Of a DNA stretch of 64,000 bases, positions 18,250 through 28,200 are shown one piece after another; position 1 is the first letter of the stretch, and each line of letters begins with the position of its first letter. The DNA lies in the IMG/VR virus record IMGVR_UViG_3300017963_000206. One strand, written 5' to 3'. The notes below the pieces were generated by a model. That model worked only from the letters and a program-made list of their open reading frames with translations. It did no database searches and was not told where the DNA came from. Source of the DNA: a virus. The position numbers were made by a program, and so were the translations under genes.

Positions 18250-19029
18250 TTACAGCGAACCAGAGATATCGCGGTCTGCCGTTGTCTTTACGGTAATAGT
18301 GTCGTTAGCCGCGCCATTGTTCATACGGATATCCGTTACCTCAACATACTGGTCCGTTCCCGGCGTACCTATTGGCAACGTGGCTCCGATAGCGAGTGAG
18401 TCGGCAACTACGTTTTTGGTCTCGGTAGTACCGTCTGCTTTAACAAGGTCGATATCGAAATCAACCGTACCTGAAAGTGCGCCGACACCCGTGTTCTCAA
18501 TAACGAGATTACCGCCGCCGTACTTGGTCGAGTCGATTACGTTACCCGCATTAAAAGTTCCCGCACCCGGACCGGAACCTACGAATTTAGCCATCCCGTA
18601 AGGTGCGTCATTCGTGGGAGAAAGTGGAGGCCATACATTCGCGGGAGTCAGGTAAGTCCCAACAGATGCGAGATGAATGTCCGTGAACTCCGGGGCTGCA
18701 CGGAAACCCGCCGAACCGAGATATCCGTTGATACCTTCGAGATTGTATTTCCGGATGTGAACATTCAAAGCATTAATGAGTGTTTTACTCCGGTCATACA
18801 GAAGCGGGTAAGCCTTCGAGTAGTTGAATGCGTTGATAGCAGACTGAATTAAATCCGCTTCCTGTTCCGCATCCCCAAGAGCCACACAACGGTCTTGGTT
18901 GTTTTTCGCTCCTAGCGTCATGGAATTAGCGAGACTCCCATCATTGTCGAACTTCGCTAACGCTTCAATTACTTGTTGCGCCATCGAGTCGATTAGATTT
19001 TGGAGGTCGCCTTGAGCAATCAATGACAT
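18250..19029 (-). CDS. Unknown virion structural protein
   Basis: Strong RBS AAGGAGG 7 nt before ATG 19029; helical N-half and beta-rich C-half; lies inside the tail module. Confidence 0.6.
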   Translation of the reverse strand: MSLIAQGDLQNLIDSMAQQVIEALAKFDNDGSLANSMTLGAKNNQDRCVALGDAEQEADLIQSAINAFNYSKAYPLLYDRSKTLINALNVHIRKYNLEGINGYLGSAGFRAAPEFTDIHLASVGTYLTPANVWPPLSPTNDAPYGMAKFVGSGPGAGTFNAGNVIDSTKYGGGNLVIENTGVGALSGTVDFDIDLVKADGTTETKNVVADSLAIGATLPIGTPGTDQYVEVTDIRMNNGAANDTITVKTTADRDISGSL

Positions 19030-19055
19030 TTTCAATCCTCCTTATGATTTATGGA

Positions 19056-19352
19056 TTAACCGATTCGGTCTTCTCCAATTGACTTGTCTTTCTTTTTCTT
19101 TTTGCCTTTTTTCTTTTTCGGTTTCTCCTCCTTCGGAGCCTCTTCACTCATCTCTTCGGTCTCCGGTTCTGGTGCAGGAATCGGTTTTCCCTTGCCACTG
19201 ACCTTGACGTAAGGATGCTCTCCGATTTCCGGTTCTTTCTCGAATTCCCGTGACTCCCCCGCTGCAAGGCTAACCTTTTCTGAGGGGTTATCCGGGTTCG
19301 GAAAACTGAACTTCTGTCCTTCCTTCCCGTTGAACTGAACTTTGTAAGGCAT
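19056..19352 (-). CDS. Small K/E/P-rich morphogenesis protein
   Basis: RBS GGAGGAGG; EEAPKEEKPKKKK tail. Confidence 0.65.
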   Translation of the reverse strand: MPYKVQFNGKEGQKFSFPNPDNPSEKVSLAAGESREFEKEPEIGEHPYVKVSGKGKPIPAPEPETEEMSEEAPKEEKPKKKKGKKKKKDKSIGEDRIG

Positions 19353-19367
19353 AGCCTCCTCCTTTTT

Positions 19368-19874
19368 TTATCTACATACCGCAGTACGAATTCGTAATGA
19401 AAGTGAACATTCCATAAAATACGAGTTTCCCACATAATCTAAAGTGGACAAACCCGAATCGGTTTTCTCGATATCCTTCACGGTCTCTACATCAAATTGG
19501 AAAGGGAATTGCTGCGTCAATTCTGTATCAACCGCGAGTATCAAAGCTTCTTCGGCCTTGATTATTTTTTTGTTCAAAAGAACTTGCTTACCTTCGTGCA
19601 TAACGCCGACCAAAGCAAAAGCCCAATCCTCTAAACGGAATCTACGCTCATCTTGCGCCGTTGTCGTATTATCGTAAAGAACGCAGAGAACCCATTGCCC
19701 CCTCTTCAGTTTCTTCTCAAGCACTCGGTCCCCGAAATGATAAAATTGCGGAGATGGTAAAACCGGACCGCCTATCTGTGCATTAATTGTAGCGATAGCG
19801 GCATCCAATTTCCCATTATCACGAAGCTCCGTGATAATCTTACTTATGATTGAAAATTTGGTTTCAACTGCCAT
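19368..19874 (-). CDS. Tail terminator-like protein
   Basis: Position in the neck module, size and alpha/beta pattern. Confidence 0.6.
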   Translation of the reverse strand: MAVETKFSIISKIITELRDNGKLDAAIATINAQIGGPVLPSPQFYHFGDRVLEKKLKRGQWVLCVLYDNTTTAQDERRFRLEDWAFALVGVMHEGKQVLLNKKIIKAEEALILAVDTELTQQFPFQFDVETVKDIEKTDSGLSTLDYVGNSYFMECSLSLRIRTAVCR

Positions 19875-19894
19875 CCTGTTTTCCTATAGGTTGC

Positions 19895-20662
19895 TTACAT
19901 CATCCCGGCTAATTGGATTCCTCCTCCACCAATATTCGTTAGCTGCATGTCAAAGTTTAATCCTGTAGCTTGCCAATGAGAAATCCAGAAAAGATTAAAA
20001 ACGGCATGGACATAAGTTATGTCGCTTTTAATCCAGATAAAATACGGTCTGCGCGGTATCCCTTTTCTCCTGCTCTTGGCTCCCCGTTTATAACCCTTTT
20101 TTCCTCCCCTGTTCTTTATTCTGCGTGGAGATTTTTTATTATCATCCCGCAATCCGGACTTTCTTTCTTTCCCGCGAATCTTACCACGACCCCATCTTGA
20201 GGGACCGCCTTCCGAACCTTTCTGGTGAATCCAAGAGTAAGGTGTATTGGATTCGAGCATCACCATCCCGGCATTCGGAGCGGTCTTCTTAATCGATTTA
20301 ATCAGTCTTCGGTTATAAACGTAAACCTGTCCACTCTTACTCCGGTATGTTCCGTCCAACTGCAAAATAGGTGAAGGTTGTTTCATAATACGGACGCGAA
20401 AATCTCTGTATTTCTCGGTCCACTTCCCCCACCATTTTGTTTTCCCGGATGGAGAGATACCTTCCTGTTTAAACTTCTGTTTGGTAGAAATATACATATA
20501 CTTCTGAATCCGTTGGTACGGATTATTTTTAGAAGGTATCCACCGCACATTTTCAAGGAGCTTTTTATGGAATTCGAGTAGTTGCTTTAATTCGTTTTTG
20601 TCGAGTTCGACTTGAACGAATCCACCGCTAGATATAACCTCCCATGAACGGCCTTTTGCCAC
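19895..20662 (-). CDS. Phage virion morphogenesis (tail completion, Mu gpG-like) protein
   Basis: F..EG..P.G...W, SNTPYSWIHQ.G and IPRRPYF motifs, with a basic insertion. Confidence 0.75.
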   Translation of the reverse strand: MAKGRSWEVISSGGFVQVELDKNELKQLLEFHKKLLENVRWIPSKNNPYQRIQKYMYISTKQKFKQEGISPSGKTKWWGKWTEKYRDFRVRIMKQPSPILQLDGTYRSKSGQVYVYNRRLIKSIKKTAPNAGMVMLESNTPYSWIHQKGSEGGPSRWGRGKIRGKERKSGLRDDNKKSPRRIKNRGGKKGYKRGAKSRRKGIPRRPYFIWIKSDITYVHAVFNLFWISHWQATGLNFDMQLTNIGGGGIQLAGMM

Positions 20663-21054
20663 TACTCGTAGTCCTCAATTGCCGAATCCCAATGTTCCGT
20701 ACTCAAAGTAAAATGGTGACGAGCGGATTCCGTATGATTCACTTGCGTCACCCTGTACTCACCGCGAAGGTCCGGATACTTCACATCCCAAACATCGAGT
20801 CTATCTTCCGGTAAAATTTCTAACGGAACACCATTGAAAAGAAACGGGAAAACAAAATCCTCAATATCCTGCGCTCCGGAAACTTGGTCCCGGTTTAAAA
20901 GTAAACCGCCGCCTTCCTTACCACGTCTGCAAGGAACTTCGGGGTATATAATCTGGAACTGTTCTGATTCTTGGTCCACCATCCTTGTTACGTTTGCCCT
21001 TAATGGCAAATACGCAAGAGGTATGGGAACCTCATACGTTCCTTCTCCGCTCAT
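20662..21054 (-). CDS. Head-closure / stopper protein
   Basis: ILPEDRL.V....YRV..V pattern and position. Confidence 0.65.
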   Translation of the reverse strand: MSGEGTYEVPIPLAYLPLRANVTRMVDQESEQFQIIYPEVPCRRGKEGGGLLLNRDQVSGAQDIEDFVFPFLFNGVPLEILPEDRLDVWDVKYPDLRGEYRVTQVNHTESARHHFTLSTEHWDSAIEDYE

Positions 21055-21067
21055 ATTTTTCTCACCT

Positions 21068-21754
21068 CTACGGTGTTCCCATGAACACCCGTTTAAAATC
21101 TAAAACGACTTCTGCTATAGTATCTTCCCAACTCTTAATCGTCTGTTCATAGATTCCTTTTTTACCGAACTCTTCCATGTAATCCATAATTTTAATTCTC
21201 GTCAAGTCTCTTTTTTGTGCCTCTGAGGGCGATTGGACAATGGCTTGGAGAGCCGCCATTTTCCGGATTGCGTCAAGCAATGTGATGGGAAAGTTGTTGG
21301 CGGGGCTTGGCCCCGGATGATAACCGAAGTTATAATTGACGCGAATGTTGCGGTTGCCGATAGGCCAAGTATTATATCCTACCATCCCCGATGTCGGATA
21401 CCATGTGTATGAAAACATCGACTGACGGTTGAAGAATAATATACCCCGCGTATCGTCAACCACAACATCCCCTGTCGTTATACTTTGACTAGGGATGTTG
21501 GGGGAAGTTAAAATCGTTATAGCGTTGAGAGCGGCGATTGGAAATCCGGGTAACACGAGAGCGGGAGTTCCACTCCCATCAATTTCGATTTGTTCGTTTT
21601 CACGATACTCAAATTCCCTTTGGCATTTATGCTCGAAGGTTGCTTGAGCAAGCTCTATTAAATACTCTACATCCGCATCGGTCCATGTCGTAATATCGAG
21701 ACCGATGCGGGTCATTAGAGCTTTGACCGAATCTACTGTTACCCAAAGTGCCAC
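21068..21754 (-). CDS. Head-tail adaptor protein
   Basis: W.TV..VK...A...E..C.R.F...IDG.G...L.L...PI...V.YNFGY...P..L.DAI pattern. Confidence 0.75.
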   Translation of the reverse strand: MALWVTVDSVKALMTRIGLDITTWTDADVEYLIELAQATFEHKCQREFEYRENEQIEIDGSGTPALVLPGFPIAALNAITILTSPNIPSQSITTGDVVVDDTRGILFFNRQSMFSYTWYPTSGMVGYNTWPIGNRNIRVNYNFGYHPGPSPANNFPITLLDAIRKMAALQAIVQSPSEAQKRDLTRIKIMDYMEEFGKKGIYEQTIKSWEDTIAEVVLDFKRVFMGTP

Positions 21755-21769
21755 GCATCTACCCCTCTC

Positions 21770-22012
21770 TTACTTGATTTTCTTGAACCGTGGGTCTTTG
21801 TTCCGGATGATTTCCGAAGCAACCGCCGGGGGTACTTCAAGGATACCCTTTTTGATTTTATGGTCTCCGTATGTACCGTCACCTTCGGGATTCGGGAGGA
21901 ACTTGAACTTTACGGTTCTTTTCTCTTTCTTGGGGGCTTCCTTCGGAGCTTCTTCCTTCGGAGCTTCCTTTGGAGCTTCCTCTTCCTTTTTCTTGCCCTT
22001 GTCCTTTGCCAC
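21770..22012 (-). CDS. Small EAPK-repeat protein downstream of MCP
   Basis: GTG at 22012 with RBS AAGGAG; four EAPK repeats. Confidence 0.65.
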   Translation of the reverse strand: MAKDKGKKKEEEAPKEAPKEEAPKEAPKKEKRTVKFKFLPNPEGDGTYGDHKIKKGILEVPPAVASEIIRNKDPRFKKIK

Positions 22013-22059
22013 GAGTGACTCCTTTTTTATTTTATTCAAAAGGTTTTTGGGGTTATGAA

Positions 22060-22104
22060 GGTAGGGGTGACGACTTATATTGTGAGAGTGCGTCAACCCC
22101 TACC
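22060..22104. other. Long stem-loop 3' of the major capsid gene
   Basis: GGTAGGGGTGACG ... CGTCAACCCCTACC (13 bp with a one-nt bulge); no U-tract on the minus strand. Confidence 0.6.
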
Positions 22105-22129
22105 ACTATTCCATTCAAGTCAGGACCGC

Positions 22130-23473
22130 TTAGTAGGTCCGTGCGCGTCTCAGGACAGCGGAGAACTTCTCACCCTTCCATGCCGGGGCATGGTAAGAAG
22201 TCAGGAGAAACTCCATTGCGTCACGAGTCACGGCAAGCGGGATATGCTGGACAAGGTTGTTAACCTTTTCACCCTGCGGGTTGATAAGACCAGCGATAAC
22301 CAGCGATTGCTGCGGGGAAATGTTGATGAGGAAAATCGTCTCGTCAACACCACGGGTTCCCGCGACTTCCGGGTTCATCGGATAATCCGTGCCAAGAGAA
22401 CTGTCGTCCAGAAGGTCGATAATCTGAGTTATCGCACCCGTGACGGTTCCATCGGCATCGTAGGTCTTTGCCGCCCATGTCGAAAGAAGAACTTCCGTGT
22501 CCACACCACCAGCATCCGGGGAACGATAGACTTTATAAAGCTGCGCGTTTGCGACAGCCGTGAAGTCGATTTCCACGGAGTTGTGGGTTGCAAGAATCGT
22601 GACGGGAGATGCACTCGCGGAAGCGCATTGTTCCCCGAAGTAAGTCACAGCCGACACGCGATAGCGGTACACTTCACCGGGGGTCATAAGACCACCAGTG
22701 TTCGCGGCAGAAGTGAGAGCAAGCGTTCCCATCTGCGAAGTCGGACGACAGAAGCTTGACGGAAGCATCGGGACATCACGGTAAGTGGTCATGCGGAACC
22801 CGCCCGGAAACTCGATGGTATCGAGCGGAACGCTCTTACGAATTTCCGTTTGGAGGGTTGACATGCGGCTTACCATGTTCGGGGACATTACGAAAACGTA
22901 GGGGTCCATCTGTGCGCCTTCGTTGTATGCCCCGTCCAGAGCCATGTCAAGGTCGGCAAGGTCGGCAACCGCGTTGATGTCGTAGCGGTAACTTTGGATT
23001 GCGGTGTCAGCACCATCGTACTGATAACCGTCAGCCGTTGCGTTACCCCACAGCATTGCGAACTCGATTGTACGACCCATCGACTTCGTTGAGTTGATGA
23101 GTTCTTGCTTCCATGCGTTGATGTACTTCGCGGAAGCGGCCTGAAGGAGACCCGTTACCCGACCTTTGGTACGGATAACCTTGAGCGTTACACCGTCCCG
23201 GTTGTAACCGGAGTTGGTGATAACGGTTTCGGCATTCTCGCCCTCAAACTGTGAGGTCGGAATCCCGGTGATTTGGTTGAACTGGTGAATGAGGCCATTC
23301 GCACGAATGACTTCAACCGTTCTGGTGAACGGCGCATTCCACTTCACAAGGTCAACCAGAATCTTCTCAAGGTCTTCTGGAATTAGCGGGTCGCCCGTGT
23401 TCGTATCCAGAGCAAGTAGAAGCTCTTCTCTTGTCTTCCCCATGCCCGGAAGCAGTTTTGACCAATCAAACAT
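22130..23473 (-). CDS. Major capsid protein (HK97 fold, SU10-like) with beta-sandwich insertion
   Basis: LIPEDLEK.LV.L....PF...V...ANGL.HQFNQ; position after the scaffold; YRYRVSAV..FGE...YKVYR insertion. Confidence 0.9.
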   Translation of the reverse strand: MFDWSKLLPGMGKTREELLLALDTNTGDPLIPEDLEKILVDLVKWNAPFTRTVEVIRANGLIHQFNQITGIPTSQFEGENAETVITNSGYNRDGVTLKVIRTKGRVTGLLQAASAKYINAWKQELINSTKSMGRTIEFAMLWGNATADGYQYDGADTAIQSYRYDINAVADLADLDMALDGAYNEGAQMDPYVFVMSPNMVSRMSTLQTEIRKSVPLDTIEFPGGFRMTTYRDVPMLPSSFCRPTSQMGTLALTSAANTGGLMTPGEVYRYRVSAVTYFGEQCASASASPVTILATHNSVEIDFTAVANAQLYKVYRSPDAGGVDTEVLLSTWAAKTYDADGTVTGAITQIIDLLDDSSLGTDYPMNPEVAGTRGVDETIFLINISPQQSLVIAGLINPQGEKVNNLVQHIPLAVTRDAMEFLLTSYHAPAWKGEKFSAVLRRARTY

Positions 23474-23535
23474 TTTTTTGCTCCTTTCGGTTCCTATGAA
23501 ATGTTGGCCTTTACTTATTTTCCCGGTTTACCGTA

Positions 23536-24474
23536 CTACTCGCCTTCCTGTCCTGTAAGTCCTGCGAGATTGGACAGGCAAGCTCCGAGACGGTCGTGAG
23601 GAGAGACAAATTCTTCTTTGTCAGTCTTCTCTTCCGTTGAAATAACCGGAACTGTTCCACCCTTGCGGCCTTTCGGCTTCGACAAGGTTAACTTTTCGCG
23701 TTCAAGACGCTTTTTGACTTCCTCTTCGATTTCCTTCTCTTTCTCTTTCGAGAGTTTCGCTTCCTGCTTTTCGAGACCTTTGATGTACTCCGGGTCCGGA
23801 CCCGCGCACGGAATCGTGAGCAGTTGACCTTCGATGCCGTTTACAACGGTAGCAAGGTCTTCCGGTTTGAGTGTCTCTGCTTCGAGAAGCGGTTTGAGAA
23901 CTTCGAGAAGGTCTTCAGTGAAGCGTTGGAGACCCTTCTGGTCGAGCTTGTCGAACTCGAAGGAACGGGGAGCGATTGGCACAACCGCGAGAGCTTTGCC
24001 GCGAGAAAATGCGGGGTAGAAAGTTTCGTCTTTTCCTTTCTTACCTTTCGCCATATCCTCTTCGTCTTCCTTTTCCTTTTTCTTTTCCGGGTCTTCCTCT
24101 TCCTCTTCATCCTGAAGTTTGTCGTCCCCGTCTTTGCACTTCGCATCTTCCTGCTCTTTCAAACAGGCGGGGCATGAGGAGTCAAGCTCTTTGTGGTCCC
24201 CGTTGAGGTGCGCGGTCATAAGCGCGTGTTCCTCTTCGAGTTTCTTCTGCTTTTCTTCCTCTTCGAGTTTGGCCTTCTCTTCTTCGGCCTCTTTCTGTTC
24301 GAGCATCATCTTTTTAAGAGATGCAATTTCGTTGCGGATTACACCCGCGTCTTCGGAGGACATTTCTTCGTCTTCTTTCCCTTTCCCTTTGGCGGCCTCC
24401 TTCGCCTCAAGGATTTTGTCGAGCTTTTCGTTAAGCTCTTTGTACTTCTCGCCAAGCTGTTCGAGCGTGAACAT
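23536..24474 (-). CDS. Nested in-frame scaffold protein (Mu gpZ-like internal start)
   Basis: Internal RBS AAAGGAG (24489-24483) 8 nt before in-frame ATG 24474 (MFTLEQL...). Confidence 0.55.
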   Translation of the reverse strand: MFTLEQLGEKYKELNEKLDKILEAKEAAKGKGKEDEEMSSEDAGVIRNEIASLKKMMLEQKEAEEEKAKLEEEEKQKKLEEEHALMTAHLNGDHKELDSSCPACLKEQEDAKCKDGDDKLQDEEEEEDPEKKKEKEDEEDMAKGKKGKDETFYPAFSRGKALAVVPIAPRSFEFDKLDQKGLQRFTEDLLEVLKPLLEAETLKPEDLATVVNGIEGQLLTIPCAGPDPEYIKGLEKQEAKLSKEKEKEIEEEVKKRLEREKLTLSKPKGRKGGTVPVISTEEKTDKEEFVSPHDRLGACLSNLAGLTGQEGE

Positions 24475-25092
24475 AGTAGTAACTCCTTTCCGATTAAGTT
24501 CTACGATTTCGAGTTCACCTTTCGTATCTGTTTTAAAGAATAAATCCCTGACCAGTTCAGCCCCGTCTCTCTCATCATAAACCTCATGGTCTTCTTCGCC
24601 GTAAGATAGAAACAATTCTTCCCCACCAGCAGGGTTGATTACGATGCCTGATGTGCGATAGAGGATATCGCGGCATACATCCCCATCACGTCTGACTTCC
24701 AGACGTGGAGACATTCCGTATGAAGAGTATCCGTCTCTTTGTTTTTGGTAGGCAATGTCTTCACTGGTTTTCTGGTCAACTATTTCCATCCAACGAGCTT
24801 TGAGAGCTTCTTCACGCTCGTCCCAATAAGGCTCACGAATCCTTCCGACCCAAGTTCCGGAACTGTCTTCGTGGTCTTTTGACGCTCCAACAAAAACCGA
24901 AAGAGCGTTGTACTCTTCCGGTGTTTTTGGTCCATGCTTGAAAATGCGGATGAGATAGGCTGCGACAGGTTTTACTTCTTCCCGGACATAGCGATTTCCG
25001 TTCCAACGTCCAACCTTTAACAAGGTGACATCCGGAATTCTGACTCTAGGTTCTACGCGCATTCGCTTGTCAAGGATTTGAATGTCTCTCAT
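23536..25092 (-). CDS. Head maturation protease-scaffold fusion (Mu gpI-like)
   Basis: DHE, YGMSPRL and IVINPA motifs in the N-terminal domain; acidic coiled-coil C-terminal half. Confidence 0.75.
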   Translation of the reverse strand: MRDIQILDKRMRVEPRVRIPDVTLLKVGRWNGNRYVREEVKPVAAYLIRIFKHGPKTPEEYNALSVFVGASKDHEDSSGTWVGRIREPYWDEREEALKARWMEIVDQKTSEDIAYQKQRDGYSSYGMSPRLEVRRDGDVCRDILYRTSGIVINPAGGEELFLSYGEEDHEVYDERDGAELVRDLFFKTDTKGELEIVELNRKGVTTMFTLEQLGEKYKELNEKLDKILEAKEAAKGKGKEDEEMSSEDAGVIRNEIASLKKMMLEQKEAEEEKAKLEEEEKQKKLEEEHALMTAHLNGDHKELDSSCPACLKEQEDAKCKDGDDKLQDEEEEEDPEKKKEKEDEEDMAKGKKGKDETFYPAFSRGKALAVVPIAPRSFEFDKLDQKGLQRFTEDLLEVLKPLLEAETLKPEDLATVVNGIEGQLLTIPCAGPDPEYIKGLEKQEAKLSKEKEKEIEEEVKKRLEREKLTLSKPKGRKGGTVPVISTEEKTDKEEFVSPHDRLGACLSNLAGLTGQEGE

Positions 25093-25110
25093 GCGTTTAA
25101 GCCCCTCTAC

Positions 25111-25170
25111 ATAAACCTTAAAAGTCGCATATATAAACCTTAATTAAGCGACTGTAAAAGTCGCTTTTTT
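25111..25170 (-). promoter_or_regulatory. Twin TTAAGGTTTAT boxes plus hairpin upstream of the capsid operon
   Basis: Boxes at 25111-25121 and 25133-25143; AAGCGACT/AGTCGCTT stem at 25146-25166. Confidence 0.5.
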
Positions 25171-25221
25171 CGAGATTTTGCAGAAGTATGTAAAAGACGG
25201 ATATTTACATTACTCAATAGA

Positions 25222-25249
25222 ATTATACAGGTACGAAAAAACCTGTCAA
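25222..25249 (-). promoter_or_regulatory. Sigma70 consensus promoter of the capsid operon with internal palindrome
   Basis: TTGACA-16-TATAAT; ACAGGT-N8-ACCTGT inverted repeat spans the spacer. Confidence 0.7.
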
Positions 25250-25279
25250 CCTATTAAATAATTTTTTTCAAATTATTTT

Positions 25280-28200
25280 TTAGAAACTACTTACTGTCGA
25301 TTCTGCTTTTTTTGGCAATTTTCCCTTCTGGAACCTCCAATTGGGGGTATTAGCGTCTTCCCGCACAAAAATGAAGTCCCCTTTTAATTTCTTGCCATTG
25401 AAGCGATAATGGAGGGATTCTGACGTTTCCGAGATTATATCCACATCCCCTGCATCGAGAACCTCCACGTTGAGAGGAAGTTCCTTGTTTGGATTAAGCG
25501 GGTGACTCGGTGGAAGTTCACCTTCCCAATCCATCCAATCCACGGGTGAATGTTTGTCGGGAGGAGAATTTTTCGTCACTTCATTTTGTACGTTGTAAGC
25601 CTGACCTCTCTTAATCCAGAAAGGTGAATCCTTACCCAAATTCCATGTAGTGACTTCATTCCCCTCACGGACTCTTATAATGAAATCTTCCTGTCGAAGT
25701 TTACGGACCACATCTGGACCCTTCGACCAGAGATAGTGAACAGTGAATTCTGCATCTTTAGCGAGACCTACGACATTATCTTTGTTCTCCGCTTCTTTCA
25801 AAACACCTTTGTCCCGGAGAAGAAGACGAGCTTGCTCCATCCGCTTAAAGATTTCATCTTTATTATCCGGCGCATCCGGACCCCACCACTTCAATTCAGT
25901 TGGAATCAAAGCTTCAAAATCCGGAGATAATCCGGAGACATCTTTAGGTGGAATGTAATCTTTTTTCTTTCTCGCTCCCGAAGTCATAAGGTACGGTGTC
26001 TGGTCCTTCGCCATCCATGCTTCCCAATGCGGAGAATCGCCGGAGATATACCTGAGAACCAAACGTCCCTTGAATTTTTTTCCGTACAAAAAGAATTCTT
26101 GGAACCACGGCTTATGCAAATTGAATCTGCCTTTGTCCGTGACTCCCGGATACAGGATGCCCCAATCAACTCCCCAAAATACACCGGGGAATTCCTTCGT
26201 TGCGCCCGGACCTCCCGGCGGTATAACTTTCCGGACCATCTTTAACCATTCAGGAGGTTGTTTCTCTTTCATCTCAACACGCACATGCTTATTGGGGTCC
26301 ATGTCGGGATGGAATTTCCAAAGTTTGCGATTATCAAGGTCCGAGAATTTCGCGGCCTCTTTCAATGTCAGCACGGGTTTCTTTATCGTGTCCGGAACTT
26401 CGGAGAGAACCGTGAACCCATTAAGGTATTCTTTCCCCGGCTGCATGATTCTCAGGTCGAGATGTGAAGATTTTCCACGGAAATGATTCTCAATCACAAA
26501 GAAGTATTCAGGGAAACTCGATGGACTTCTCTTGGCAACTTCTTTCCGTGTAATATTTCTCCACTTATTAATTTCGTTCCTCACTGTCTGAGGAATTACG
26601 AGTTTGGATTCCTGAAGTTCCACGGCTGTCCGTTCTTCGGGAAGAAAATTCTCGATTTTAGAACCAACTTGGTCTTCTATGAAGACACCCTTGATGAAAC
26701 CTTCATTATCCTTCGGAAGATGAATCAGATTCTTCGTTTCTATTTTAACGAATTCTCTGATTGGATAAATATAAAGGTCGTTGCTTCCGGGCCACCATTT
26801 TTCTTTCTCATCGTCCGTAATATTATGGATATCCCGGAGTGCCTCAAACTCTTCCTTCGTTATTTTCGCAAATGTCTCACCTTCCTTGACCTTCCCCTGC
26901 AATTGCTTCGGGGTATTAAGCCGAGTAAAGCCAAAGCGGAGCCAACCATAAACTTTTCCGTCTGAACCAGTAAGTAGTATGAAAGTGGGTACATCAAATG
27001 GCCTTGACTTTACTACGGCCTTCTTTTCACCTTTCATAATCCTCTCTGCTTGCGAGTCTGGTAACACCATACCCCTGTCGATTTCCTCTGAGAGAATTCT
27101 TTGCAGGAATTCGAGTGAATTCCGGGAGAGATTTTCCGGACGAAATGTTACTTTCTCCCTCCGGACTAACTCACGGAATATTTTTTTACCTACACTTAGG
27201 ACGGTAGAGGCATCATATTTAAATTGTTTGCCCTGCCGAACCGTAGAAAACCACGCATTCACGATTTTCCAATCATCGGATAGTACATCATCCGCTACTT
27301 CAGACGGGTCGTACTTCTCAATGCTTTTAACTAGGTCTTGCTGCGTAAAAGTCTCAAGGTTATTCTCTCCCGCCTTCAATTTTTGCTTTGAAAGCGTATC
27401 GAAGGACTCCGCTTTCTTCAGAGCGGAAGCGAATGTGTCAATCACATCGGACTTATTCTCGAATTGAAGTTTACGGAGCGTGATTTTTGAAAAATCATTC
27501 GGGAATCTCACGAAATCGAGAGTCCTGTAGCTTAATTCGATAATATCACCTTTATTTAATTTTATAACTGAAGCGAATCTTCCTACATTAGCGTAGTTTC
27601 TTCCCTCAACGGTAACAAGTGCGGAAGGTGTCGGTTTAAATTCACCGAATTCCAAAGCGCAATCGTATAAATAAACACCATCGGTCTTAGTTTCCTGAGA
27701 ATTAACGACAATGGCACTAACTTTCCCATTAGAGACATCTTCAGTCTCGTCTTTTTCCGCTTTTTGGATATCCTTTTTCTCTGCATCACTCATCGTTATG
27801 ATTTCCCCGGCATCTTCGGGAACCCAACCGCGAGTGAAAAGTGGCTTGGCTCCCTCCGGAGCTTCGGTTACTTCCTCAAAACGATGCTTAACCTCATTAA
27901 GTTGCCACGATAAACGGAATTTAAGTGCTTTAATATCCGTGTTTTCATCGGAGAGCAGATGCAGGACGTAAGTATCCTTATCTACTGAGTAAAAAACGCA
28001 AGGCTTACTCTCGTAAAACTCCGGAAGTTTTTCCACGACATCCGAGAGATAGCAAAATCTGTCTTCATCTTCGTACCAATATTGTGAAAGCTCCTCCGGA
28101 ACCGCTTTCTTATTTACTTCACGGAAGTAACCCATCGACACGAGAGGCTTGTATGACGTGAATGGTCCTATCGGGTCCGGGAAAATGTGTACCGGGACTC

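Noticed and set aside
27670-27710. ETKTDG resembling ATP-dependent ligase motif I (ExKxDGxR)
   Set aside because: It lacks the Arg, sits in a beta-hairpin of an OB-like segment, and no ligase motifs III-V were seen. Treated as coincidental unless profile searches say otherwise.
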